Assembly: GCA_951406725.2 (NCBI GenBank)
Contig: OX597815.1
Coordinates: forward strand, 210,490,001-210,554,000
Length of the DNA: 64,000 nucleotides
DNA from: Octopus vulgaris
Lineage: Eukaryota
Direction: 5' to 3'
Under the pieces are notes generated by a model. The model searched no databases and was not told the DNA's origin. It worked only from the letters and a program-made list of their open reading frames with translations. Shown here one piece after another: positions 1 to 11,723 of the stretch (positions are counted from its first letter, which is position 1; every line of letters begins with the position of its first letter). Position numbers and translations under genes: made by a program.

Positions 1-81
1 AAGTGCGTATGCGGGGTCTGGACGTGTGTATGTATAGGGTTGGTGTATGTATTAGTATGTACTAGTATGTATTAGCATGTA

Positions 82-2087
82 TTAGTTGGTGTATGTATTA
101 GTATGGCACATCATATGTGATGTGATGTGTAAAGTCATGTGGTGTAGTGAGGAGAAGAGGGGAGGGGGAGAAGAGGGGGAGAGAAGGGGAGGGGAAGAAG
201 AGGGGAGGAGAGGGGGGAAGAGGAGAGGAGGGGGGAGAAGGAAGGGGAGGAGGGGGAGGAAGGAGGAAAGAGGGAGAGGGGGAGAGAGAAGGGGAGTGAG
301 GGAGCAGAGGGAAGGGGAAGAGGGAAGGAGGGAGGGAGAAAGAGGGAAGAAGGGAAGGGGAGTAGGGGTGAAAGGATGAAGGACTGAAGAAGTAGGGGTC
401 GGGGGGAAAGGATAGGTGAGGAGGGGGAGAGGGGGGTTAGATGAGGAGGGGGGAGAGTTGAGACCAAATGGCGTATAAGAGCGAAGAGAGAAGATTAATT
501 CCTGTTCACGGCGCAAACGGGAATCCGGATGGCCTCTGTGTAAGGACAAACCGAACACAGATAGGTGTTGCAAGGAGTGACCGGTGGAGCGGAAATGGCG
601 TGAGACCGGTGTGTCGTTCGCAAGGTGGATATCACGAAGGTGTTCCGCGAACCGGTCAGCCAAGCGGCGTCCCGTTTGTCCGATGTACAAGGAATTGCAG
701 AGAGAGCAAGAGATGCAATAGATAATATTGCTGGAGGTGCAGGTGAAGGAGTGGATGATGGGATAGGGTCGATGGTGGGTGCTAGTGAGGCGGGTGGTGT
801 TGGAGAGGTAAGGGCAAGTGCGGCAACGTGGGCGGGAGCAGGGGAACGAGCCGGGTTGGGAGGTAGGGTCAGGGAAGGAGCTATGGACCAAAAGGTCTCG
901 AAGGTTGTGGGCTCGTTTGAAAGAGGGGAAGGGTCGGTTAGAGAAGAGGTGTGAAGTGGACGGGTCGGACTGGAGATTACGGAAAGCTCGAAGAATGGTG
1001 CGTTGGAGACGTAGGGTCGTGGGGTGGTAAGTGAGGGGAAATGGGAGGCGGGAGACTACAGGGCGGGTTCGGGGAGAGAGAGCAGATACACGGTCCACGG
1101 ATCGTGCTCTGGCAAGGGCGGTGTGGATAGTGGTGAGGGGGTATCCACGTAGGGTGAAGTGGTGAGCCATACGTTGAGACTGAGTCTCAAAGTCATGGTC
1201 GTCACTACAGAGCCTACGTAGACGGAGGAATTGGGAATAGGGGATGGAAAGCTTGGTGTGTTCTGGGTGGGAGGAAGAGAAGTTGAGGTATGAGTGTGAG
1301 TCTGTGTGTTTGTAGTGAATGGAGGTGGTAAGAGTGGAGTGAAGAATGCTAACCGAAATGTCGAGGAAGGAGACAGAGGTGTTGGAGATAGTGGAAGTGA
1401 AGTGGAGGGCTGGATGGGAAGATTGGACGAAAGAGAGGAAGGAATCTAGATGTTCGCGGGAGAGTGAGGTGGCACCGATAATGTCGTCAATGTAACGACC
1501 ATATAGTTCAGGAGTGGGACCAGTGAAATTAGAGAATATTTGGGCCTCAACATAGCCAACGAACAGGTTCGCATAGTTGGGCCCATTCGCGTTCCCATGG
1601 CCACTCCCGAGACCTAATGGTAGAACTCGCCCGCGAACGAGAAGCAGTTCAGAGTAAGGACAAGTTCGGCCAGACGAATGAGTGTGGAGGTGTCAGGTAC
1701 ATGGTTAGAGCGGAGGTCAAGAAAGTGTCGAAGGGCCTGCAGTCCTTCGTGGTGAGGGATAACAGTATAGAGGCTTTGGATGTCCATAGTAAAAAGGATT
1801 TTGGAGGAGCCGGGAGGAAAGGAGAAAGAGTTGAAAAGCCGGAGAGCATGGTTGGTATCGTGGATGTGGGAAGGAAGAGATGCCACTAGGGGGGCAAGGA
1901 CACGGTCGAGGTATTTAGAGATGAGCTCCGTGGGGCAGTTACAGGCGGAGACGATGGGGCGGCCAGGGTTGTTGGGTTTGTGGATTTTGGGGAGGAAGTA
2001 AATGGTGAGGGTACGTGGGGTTCGCACAATTAGGTTGGATGCGGTGCGGGGGAGACGGGAGGACGAGATGAGGTCGTGGACAGTAGA

Positions 2088-2088
<1 letters not shown>
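82..2088 (-). mobile_element. Penelope-like retroelement (Neptune-type), 5'-truncated, RT + GIY-YIG endonuclease, disrupted
   Basis: Minus strand reads YFLPKIHKPNNPGRPIVS, TMDIQSLYT, SGVAMGTRMG, GRYIDD (~1483-1500), then CSRPRCRTC...FTCTSSNIIYCISCSLC...YIGQTGRRLADRFAEH. In-frame TAG at 1614-1616 and a 1-bp frameshift near 1580. Confidence 0.95.
150..460. repeat. Polypurine (G/A-rich) low-complexity tract at the 3' end of the PLE
   Basis: About 300 bp almost entirely G and A on the + strand. Confidence 0.9.
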
Positions 2089-2138
<50 letters not shown>

Positions 2139-2370
2139 TATGAATAATATATGGCCTGTGCTAGAAACACCAGCGATAATAATTAATTTTATTTTATCGC
2201 ATTCTGAATTTGTTTACATATTTCTTGATAAATTTTGAGCGTTAGACTATATACCAGAAGTCCCTAGTTTGTCGGGTTCGTTCTGCGTCTGCGCAGCGAG
2301 CTGATTAGTTAGAAAGAGCAATTTAGTAGACGCACATGTGTCTATCGAGTTGCGTTTCATAATAACAGGA

Positions 2371-2445
2371 ATCTTACTGAAGAGCCTACCTGAGTAAATA
2401 AATATTATTTTCATTGCTGAAAAAGGCGAAACTGCAGTCTAAGAT
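2371..2445 (+). ncRNA. Type I hammerhead ribozyme, copy 1
   Basis: ATCTTA-CTGAAGA-GCCT...AGGC-GAAA-CTGCAG-TC-TAAGAT: stem I ATCTTA/TAAGAT, CUGANGA core, stem II GCCU/AGGC, GAAA, palindromic stem III, GUC cleavage triplet (after C2439). Confidence 0.88.
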
Positions 2446-2769
2446 GAACAGAGTTAGTAAATGTTTTTATTTTCATTTCACTAAATTTATCAAGCTTCTG
2501 TGTTTCTTGTACATACTTCGCCTTTAATGTACTTATATATGAATAATATATGGCCTGTGCTAGAAACACCAGCGATAATAATTAATTTTATTTTATCGCA
2601 TTTTGAATTTGTTTACATATTTCTCGATAAATTTTGAGCGTTAGACTATATACCAGAAGTCCCTAGTTTGTCGGGTTCGTTCTGTGTCTGCGCAGCGATC
2701 TGATTAGTTAGAAAGAGCAATTTAGTAGACGCACATGTGTCTATCGAGTTGCGTTTCATAATAACAGGA

Positions 2770-2844
2770 ATCTTACTGAAGAGCCTACCTGAGTAAATAA
2801 ATATTATTTTTATTGCTGAAAAAGGCGAAACTGCAGTCTAAGAT
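2770..2844 (+). ncRNA. Type I hammerhead ribozyme, copy 2
   Basis: Same motif as copy 1, +399 bp. Confidence 0.88.
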
Positions 2845-3168
2845 GAACAGAGTTAGTAAATGTTTTTATTTTCATTTCACTAAATTTATCAAGCTTCTGT
2901 GTTTCTTGTACATACTTCGCCTTTAATGTACTTATATATGAATAATATATGGCCTGTGCTAGAAACACCAGCGACAATAATTAATTTTATTTTATCACAT
3001 TTTGAATTAGTTTACATATTTCTCGATAAATTTTGAGCGTTAGACTATATACCAGAAGTCCCTAGTTTGTCGGGTTCGTTCTGCGTCTGCGCAGCGATCT
3101 GATTAGTTAGAAAGAGCAATTTAGTAGACGCACATGTATCTATCGAGTTGCGTTTCATAATAACAGGA

Positions 3169-3243
3169 ATCTTACTGAAGAGCCTACCTGAGTAAATAAA
3201 TATTATTTTTATTGCTGAAAAAGGCGAAACTGCAGTCTAAGAT
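3169..3243 (+). ncRNA. Type I hammerhead ribozyme, copy 3
   Basis: Same motif as copy 1, +798 bp. Confidence 0.88.
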
Positions 3244-3567
3244 GAACAGAGTTAGTAAATGTTTTTATTTTCATTTCACTAAATTTATCAAGCTTCTGTG
3301 TTTCTTGTACATACTTCGCCTTTAATGTACTTATATATGAATAATATATGGCCTGTGCTAGAAACACCAGCGATAATAATTAATTTTATTTTATCGCATT
3401 TTGAATTTGTTTACATATTTCTCGATAAATTTTGAGCGTTAGACTATATACCAGAAGTCCCTAGTTTGTCGGGTTCGTTCTGCGTCTGCGCAGCGATCTG
3501 ATTAGTTAGAAAGAGCAATTTAGTAGACGCACATGTATCTATCGAGTTGCGTTTCATAATAACAGGA

Positions 3568-3642
3568 ATCTTACTGAAGAGCCTACCTGAGTAAATAAAT
3601 ATTATTTTTATTGCTGAAAAAGGCGAAACTGCAGTCTAAGAT
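3568..3642 (+). ncRNA. Type I hammerhead ribozyme, copy 4
   Basis: Same motif as copy 1, +1197 bp. Confidence 0.88.
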
Positions 3643-3808
3643 GAACAGAGTTAGTAAATGTTTTTATTTTCATTTCACTAAATTTATCAAGCTTCTGTGT
3701 TTGTTGTACATACTTCGCCTTTAATGTACTTATATATGAATAATATATGGCCTGTGCTAGAAACACCAGCGATAATAATTTATTTTATTTTATCGCATTT
3801 TGAATTTG

Positions 3809-3871
<63 letters not shown>

Positions 3872-4284
3872 TGCTTGCTTTTGCTTCAGGCTGTCCATCT
3901 TGGCGAATGATGACGCTGTCTTTGATACTTAGGGGTTGACTTGATGGCGATGGCAGGTCTTCTCATGGCCGAAAATGCCAATTCTGGAGGCACAGGCCCG
4001 ATTAAACTCAGAGCAGCGAAGAGGGCTCCGATGATGATGAGCTCGTCTATGATTTTGCTGGCGTTCCTAGGGCTTTCTCGGCTTTTCTTCGCGAAGTCTA
4101 GTCCGCTTATCCTCAAAACGCTACGTATCAGTTTTGACTATACCCCTCCAGCTAATACGGCCTGCGGCCAGTGATTCATGTTGCAGAGCTTGAGGGGTTT
4201 CTTGAGAGGATCTCTATATTGCTCCGTTGGAACTCCGTGCGGTCGGTTACCCTCTGGAAGATTACAAAGTGTGGTAGCAGTTGC

Positions 4285-5030
4285 TTTCCGCATTTCTCAA
4301 TATAATCACTAAAGGGTATCATTCTGTATTCTGGGAGTGCAATCTGCTGTCGGTGCAGAGTGTATCTGCGTCTGAGCGATAATCCCGTGGACCCTATGTA
4401 GTTTTCGTGGAAGCCCGAGCATCATATAACATAAATCAGGTTTTCTGAAGCACAAGTAAAGTCAGATTTGATTTTGAATTTTTGTCCCTCTTTGAAAAGA
4501 AATTCTGATTCTTCTAGAAGGTTTGGGCATGTTCCGCAATTTGGTCGACCACATTCTTAAGTGATTTCGGTTGCTTGTGGCTTTTAATTATCTTACGTGT
4601 GTATAAAATTGCCTTTAATTTGGGGTCCTTATGTAGCATTGGTAAATTTTGGCTGATGATGGTGAAGGCTTCTTTGTTTCTGTGATTGTATGTGGATATG
4701 GACAGCAGTATTTTCGGGGAAGGTGTGTTACTGTGTTGAACTTTTTTTAAAGTTTCTATGTCGATTTGTGTTGCACGTCTAATTCCCTCCTCTATGAGTT
4801 GAACTGGGTAGTGTCTGTAAATTATTGTGTTTTTGAGTTCTTGGGTCGTAGTCTTCGGTCCCCGAGGTTTGATGTATGTATGAGCGTCTTTGATGATTTT
4901 TTTAATGGTTTCATTTATAATCTGGCATTTGTGGATTTTTGGTAGACCGCAGAAAAGGCTGGGTTTGCATTTAAAGTTTGTTAGAAAGTCAATTTCTTTG
5001 GTTGTCAGTTCTTTTCCATGGGGACAGAGA
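4285..5030 (-). mobile_element. Second Neptune-type PLE relic with the RT core deleted
   Basis: Minus strand: EIDFLTNFKCKPSLFCGLPKIHKC (~4925-5000), then thumb-like sequence and CGRPNCGTCPNLL...FKIKSDFTCASENLIYV...ENYIGST (~4390-4555); many disruptions. Confidence 0.8.
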
Positions 5031-5319
5031 TTTCATTACATCAGTGGTTCCTGATATGCTGATACGCGACTGGGAGAATTTCTCTTATCGCATTGATGTT
5101 GCCTGTGATGCGTGTATATATATTTATAATTTACAGGGAAAGTAGTTACGCAATTCGAGCCAATAAAGTTTCCTCGATTAACATTTTCTCTCAGACATTG
5201 ATACAGAATGTGCTTTACGGGACGACATCCTTGACGTAAGAGGAGGATGATGGTAAGAAGAATCGCAGGGCATAAAGGCAAAGGAACCAAAAACGCTACA
5301 GGTGTATATCAAAGTGATA

Positions 5320-5394
<75 letters not shown>

Positions 5395-5483
5395 ATCTAA
5401 ACATGAAAACACAAAGAGAAAACATAACAACGCGAGGACGTGGAACAAGTATAGTATTATTGGACGCTCAGGAAAGAAGGAGG

Positions 5484-5518
5484 GTTTAACGTTTCGAGTG
5501 GAGCTCTTCGTCAGAAAC
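5484..5518 (-). ncRNA. Minimal type I hammerhead ribozyme motif in a ~200-bp element between (TA)n runs
   Basis: Minus strand GTTT-CTGACGA-A-GAG-CTCCA-CTC-GAAA-CG-TT-AAAC: core boxes, 3-bp stem II, palindromic AACGTT, stem I GTTT/AAAC. Confidence 0.6.
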
Positions 5519-5590
5519 ACAGGAAAAGGAAAGATCCAAAGAAGGGAAGACGGAGGAAAAAAAAATTGCCAACGGTACACACGCGGTCGC

Positions 5591-5637
<47 letters not shown>

Positions 5638-5869
5638 TACATATATGTATATTTACTTATGTACATATATGTACATCTGAGTAGGCCTACCTTTGAGTAA
5701 GCACACACACAGACATACTCACACGTGTAGAGAAATGGACAGACTAACAGATACAGAAACAGAGAACTGTATGTATTAGTGTGTATATGCATATGCATAT
5801 AATGATAAAATATATTATGCTTCATGAATGATTAGAATTTTTATTTACATAACTTAAAAGCTCTGATTT

Positions 5870-6560
5870 GGCTTAAGATATGGTTGGTACAGTTCTTAAA
5901 TGAAAAGTAACATCAAGACGTTTAGTATAGTCATTTTCTATGGCGACAGAGTGATCAAGGTATTTAAAGATTCTGAACACATTTTTATTAAGCCTTTCTA
6001 AATTAATCTTATTAGATCTATTTATAGTGAATATAATGTCATCACTTTATAATCCACCTCCTATATCAGGAAATTATATATAAAATTAAATATATAGATA
6101 CCTACTAAATCGGTTATTTGAGTCGAGTCATTCGACCGCATAGAAATGTCAAAATAATCAGGTTTATCAGTTATAGTCCAGTACATTCCATCGAAATCAA
6201 TTATGTTTTTCTAGCCACTAGTATTATGTCGACATCACGTTTGGATACCTCTAAATTTTTCATAGTGAAAATTAAGGATTTATTCAGTAAGATAGATTTG
6301 ATGAATGAAAAATAATTAGAAATACCTGGCTGAATGAATTTTGTACGTTTATCATCCTTAATGTTAATGAACCATTCAATAACCTCCAAGGCATGAGACC
6401 CCCCCTCCCCAAATAATAATATTTTGTTTAAGCTTTAGAATAAGTTTATCAGTAATGAATTTACTAATCTTACCAACATCTAATTTCAATGGGTATATAA
6501 GTCTAACTTGTGAACCAGCATTAAAATTAGGTTCCTAGACTTTAAATTAATTCTGACGCT
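5870..6560 (-). mobile_element. Degenerate PLE reverse transcriptase fragment
   Basis: Minus strand PNFNAGSQVRLIYP, VIEWFINIKDDKRTKFIQ...LLNKSL...DVDIILVARKT, FDISM and GL*SDD, matching PLE RT motifs (RLINP / VIEWF / FDVTMG / GLYRDD). Confidence 0.7.
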
Positions 6561-6612
6561 TATGAGAGGGTAATAAACATACATACACACGTACACACAC
6601 ACGAATCACACA

Positions 6613-6727
<115 letters not shown>

Positions 6728-6930
6728 AAGAGAAGATTTTTTTCTCAAAGTGTTAAGATTAAGAAAAGAATCGTTTTAGAAAGTCGAACGACACTAACAT
6801 TAGGAAGAGATTTCACAAAAGCAAACCCTACACACATTTTGTGAAATCTCTTCCAAAAGGTTAATGTCTTTCGACTTTCTAAAACGGTTCCTTTCTCAAT
6901 CTTTACTCTTTGAGAAAATATCTTCTCTCT
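6728..6930. repeat. Imperfect fold-back inverted repeat (~90-bp arms)
   Basis: GGAAGAGATTTCACAAAA / TTTTGTGAAATCTCTTCC perfect inner stem; outer arms TTTTAGAAAGTCGAA / TTCGACTTTCTAAAA; flanked by microsatellites. Confidence 0.85.
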
Positions 6931-6993
6931 AAATATTATTACTGTATCAAGGTATTTCCAGAACACACACACACTCTCTCTCTCTCCCTCTAC

Positions 6994-7033
<40 letters not shown>

Positions 7034-7038
7034 ATGTT

Positions 7039-7071
<33 letters not shown>

Positions 7072-7072
7072 A

Positions 7073-7136
<64 letters not shown>

Positions 7137-7466
7137 TAGATATAATGTTAAAACAATAGAAACAATTGTAGGCATGTAAGGTCAATCCTGCAATAAAGAT
7201 ATAATTTTTTTTCTATACGTATTGTTTGGTGTCAAATACTGTGATTTTCTCGACATTCTTCTTAACAATATTTGGGTGAACTTGTCATACATGGGGATTA
7301 ACCTTGAAAGTGGATTCTACTTACTTTTAGTGGAGTCTGATTGTTGGGGATAGTTAACCAATTCACTTCGAAATTTACTAATTCTGGATGACAGTGAAAA
7401 CGTTTTATTAACATATATTTTAGAGAATTTGAATATTTATTACAATGATAGTTTCTACATGTATGT

Positions 7467-7599
<133 letters not shown>

Positions 7600-7737
7600 G
7601 AGAATATGTCAACCTAATTAAGGGACGGTTTCATCCAAGGAAAAATTAGTTCAGTACCTAGTATTTTGGGAATGAATTTCCTTAAAATAATAGGTATGTA
7701 TACAAACATAGTTTATATTCAGTTAAAAGAAAAACGA

Positions 7738-8093
7738 AAATGGTGATTAGGAAGTTAATTATTTATTATTTACAACAATCTGGTCATCTTCACTTACAAC
7801 CGTTTCAATACTCAATAAACATTAAATTTATATTTACGTGACGTGAGAACAATATCATCAGAGGACAAAAAAGATATACATGTGGATGCTATATGCGTGC
7901 TTATGAATTCATGAATTCATTAGTACACATATAAAATCCACACGTATATCTTTTTTGTCCTCTGATGATATTGTGCTCATGTTACGTAAATGTAAATTTA
8001 ATGTTGCTTGAGTATTAATTAAAACAGTTGTAAGTGAAGATGACGAATTTGCTGTTCATACTAAACAATTATTAACTTCCTAATTCCCATTTC
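7738..8093. repeat. Fold-back inverted repeat (~150-bp arms) containing a degenerate HHR
   Basis: CAATATCATCAGAGGACAAAAAAGATATAC / GTATATCTTTTTTGTCCTCTGATGATATTG; the left arm on the minus strand gives CTGATGA...GAAAC-GGTT-GTA. Confidence 0.8.
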
Positions 8094-8129
8094 CTTTCCT
8101 TGTTTGATATATATATGTGTGTGTGTATG

Positions 8130-8165
<36 letters not shown>

Positions 8166-8644
8166 TGTGTGCGTGTATGCATGTATTCATTCTTTTAGTA
8201 TATTTGGTTTCTATACTTCTTTTCTGCCCTATGTTTCCTTTGCTATTCCTTCTTCCCTTTGTTTATATTAGATGCACTTGTTTTTTTACTCTGATGAAAC
8301 TCTATGCGTTAATTCGTATGTCCCTATGAAGATGAAGAATTTTATCTGAGTAGAGTATGCTATTATAGGGGTATTTACAATTGGTCTGGTGAGAGAGAAA
8401 AATTGGGATATTCAGAATGTTTAGTTTAAAATTTGGGAGATGCTGATATTACTACATTAATATGTAATATAAAAATATTTATCTCATTGCAAAGATTGGA
8501 TAGGTTATTTTTAGACGGAGCGGTAAATTGTCATCTAAATCGAAAATATGGAATATTGGAATTGTTAACTCTCTAAACGGTACTGATAAGTAATTATATC
8601 ATCTTTTATATATGTGCAACTATAGTAACGAAAGAGATAATAAG

Positions 8645-8918
8645 CTGGTTATTTAAATGTAGAAAATACATATTTTCTCGCTTGAATACAGGAAATCCTT
8701 TTTTCGTTTCTAAGTAGAGTATTTTTTAGATTTTGAAATAAAAAAGTATTTTTTAGATTTTGAAATAGAAAAAATGCCTCAGTTATACGAAGAGAACATT
8801 TTTCTTTCATTGACTTTATAAGATGGTGTAAAATAATTATATCCCATTTGAAATCGAAATTAGTATCATTATCTTTTAATTGCCAGATAAATTTACTTAA
8901 ACCTGTAAAATTAGATTT
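8645..8918 (-). mobile_element. PLE GIY-YIG C-terminal fragment
   Basis: TGLSKFIWQLKDNDTNFDFKWDII...KCSLRITEAFF resembles the conserved TELSKxIWxLK...KWxI...CxLCxxEK tail of PLE endonucleases. Confidence 0.7.
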
Positions 8919-9823
8919 GCGCCGTATCATCCCTGATCTAACGGACAGGCAGAACGCTTTGTCGATACCTTCAAGAGAGCTCTAAGAAAATCGAATAAGG
9001 GTGTCACGAATGAGATAGCTCTACAACAGTTTTTAAGAATATACCATGTGACACAAAATCCGAATACACCCGCAGATATGTCACTGGCGGAACTGATGTT
9101 CACAAGGAGTGTAAAATCAGTATTTGATAACTTATTACCTGCCAAGGAAAGAGAAAGTGCTAGGGAAGACAGCAAGATTCTTTAAAATTGATGAAAAGGT
9201 GTATATGAGGTCATCCAAGAATGGAAAGCAGAGTTGGGAAGATGGTGTAATTCCTAAATGCATAGGTAAAAGGATGTATTGGATCCAAAGTAGAAAAGGC
9301 GTACAGAGATGCAGAAACCAACTTAAGAAGAGATTCGTGGAAAGCGAACAAAGAAGTTAGAGGAACCAATGAAATGGTTATAAGATACGTTCCAGGTACC
9401 AATACTATTGCAAGTGATTGAACCCCGACGGGAGAGGAATAAAATCATACAGAGTTCCTGAAAATAGATGCCCAGTGCAAGATATATATTAAATTGTACG
9501 AAAATAGATTTAAATCTCAATAAAGGGAGACGGGGTGAATTTAAAAAATTATTGCTAAATAAAAGGACACTTCCTAAGAATAACTTAAAACGGCTTAAAA
9601 GGGAGCTATTGTGGGGATTTAGTAATAATGGTACAACCCTCCCAAGTGACAAGTGGAATGATATGGTCACTATAAATGGCAGAGTACGAGACAGTACGAG
9701 AGAGTACGTAGTAGGCGATCATATAGATAATCGTCTCTTTACTGGTTTTACTAAGTATTCTGTATACCGAAGTGAGTATAAGACAATCCAACACTTTAAG
9801 AATTACAAGATAAACTGAACACA
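8919..9823 (+). mobile_element. Gypsy/Ty3 LTR retrotransposon 3' remnant: integrase C-half, polypurine tract and 3' LTR
   Basis: APYHP*SNGQAERFVDTFKRAL...QFLRIYHVTQNP...SLAELMF; purine tract AAAGGGAGACGGGG (~9522-9535) directly before TG at 9536; candidate LTR ends ...GAACACA at ~9823 with an internal TATAAA. Confidence 0.8.
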
Positions 9824-10165
9824 ATTATTTTGTTTATTGTACTGAGTTGCTTTTCCTCTGTGGAAATAGAAACGAGAATTGAATGACGGAGATTGATCTC
9901 ATTTTCCACTGTTTACACTTGTAATGTTAAATATTAGAAATTTAGTAACCACCCAGTAATTGTATAGACAACCGTGTTGAAACGTCGCGTGCGTGTGTGC
10001 GTGAAAACACACACATACATACACACACATACATACACACACATACACACACACACATATGTATATATATATATGTCCTATGCTTCTATCAAGCGAAATC
10101 CCACTAACTGATGACGCTATGAGCATTTGTTCTAACCCATTGTATACGTATATATATATATATAT

Positions 10166-10502
10166 CTGAAAACCCTTTCGGTCACGACACAGACCATGGG
10201 ATTGCACCTAGGAATTTACCCTCCCAGGCACAAATCCGAGCAAGGTTGTTTATGGAAGACCAGCAGTCGCCGTGGCATACCGGCCTCCCCTCGCCACGCC
10301 ACCAGTGTTATCCAAAGGAATGGCAAAGGCCGATACAGCTTGGCACCTGTGATGATGCAAGTCATTTCTACAGCTGAGTGGACTGGAGCAACGTGAAATA
10401 AAGTGTCTTCCTCAAGAATACAACACGCAGCCCAGTCCGAGATTCGAGCTCACAACCTCACGATCGTAAGCACGACGCTCTAACTACTGAGCCATGTGCC
10501 TT
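10166..10502 (-). mobile_element. tRNA-derived SINE (family C)
   Basis: Minus-strand head GGCACATGGCTCAGTAGTTAGAGCG (A box) ...GCTCGAATCTC (B-box-like), followed by GTGTTGTATTCTTGAGGAAGACACTTTATTTCACGTTGCTCCAGTCCACTCAGCTG. Confidence 0.75.
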
Positions 10503-10520
10503 CATATACATATACATACA

Positions 10521-10586
<66 letters not shown>

Positions 10587-11652
10587 TATACACGTTTGTG
10601 CGCATTTGTGTGTCTGTCTGTGTGAGAGAGAGAGAGTATGCGTTTGTATTTGTGTACAATAAATAGATAGTGACATTTGCAAATCGATACCCGTGTACAC
10701 AGATACGCAGATTGTATATACATTTCTTTTCTTTTATACTTTTACTTGTTTCAGTCATTTGAAGCACCGACGTCAGTAAACCAAAGAGAAAGGAAAGAAT
10801 CTCAGCATTGCTTTGGTTTGACGTTTTATAATACTCTTTATACTGACATATACAATAATAATATGTACATACACAGAAAATGACTTCAAATAGAGTAATT
10901 ACGAATGAGTTTTGAAAGTAATACACATATCATAACATGATCGAACTAAATACTCTCAGGAATTAAATCAACTGCAATGCTATTTCTACATGATCAATAA
11001 AGAGTACTAAGAGAAGGTAATCTAATGATTTAAGTTCGTTGTTGCAATATAAAACGTTACAAGAAATGAAACGGCAAAAACCAAGCGTGTATCTCTCATG
11101 AATGCTCATCATAGTATAATGCTGCTTATTTAATAATGACCAAGAAAACGGATAAGTGATTAACGTCTATTTCTTTTGTTATAATAAAACATTTAGTTGT
11201 TATTCCCATTAATAGTTGCCATTTTGAACCAACACAGACATTATAACAGAAGTATATTCCTAAATGACAAAATGATAATCCAAATAATCTAACTGATTTA
11301 TTGTAAACACTGAGATATGCAACCAGTTTCATTTCTTTAAGCACAAAATATATATGAAAAAAATTTCAGGTAATTGGCAAAGTGTGTTGGCATAAATGTG
11401 TAAAGAGGGAAGGATGCAAGGAATGGTGGTGCTAGCAAAAGAGATTTCATGACGCGTTGTAATCACAAGAGACTAGAAATTTGCAAAAGAAAGCAATCTT
11501 CAAAGGAATGTGTGCGCAGAAAAATAAAAGAACTTCTTTGCAAAAATTAACTTCAAAGGTGTTTGCCGAAAACAGTATACACACGTACATGCAAACATGC
11601 ATACACACATACATACAGGCGTGCATGCGTACGTATATATGTATATATATGC

Positions 11653-11723
<71 letters not shown>

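Larger units (their letters stand above)
2137..3810 (+). repeat. Tandem array of ~4.2 x 399-bp units, each carrying a hammerhead ribozyme (retrozyme / PLE pseudo-LTR-like)
   Basis: TATATGAATAATATATGGCCTGTGCTAGAAACACCAGCG recurs at ~2137, 2536, 2935, 3334 and 3733; units are nearly identical; (TA)n on both sides. Confidence 0.95.

Noticed and set aside
2137-3810. CRISPR array interpretation of the periodic repeat
   Set aside because: The whole 399-bp unit repeats with no unique spacers, there are no cas genes, and the context is eukaryotic.
3870-4280. GC-richer segment with two short opposing ORFs
   Set aside because: Probably a retroelement fragment, but I could not identify any diagnostic motif.
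8285-8375. CTGATGA followed by an ACTCTA/TAGAGT stem
   Set aside because: No GAAA box after the stem; at most a broken HHR.
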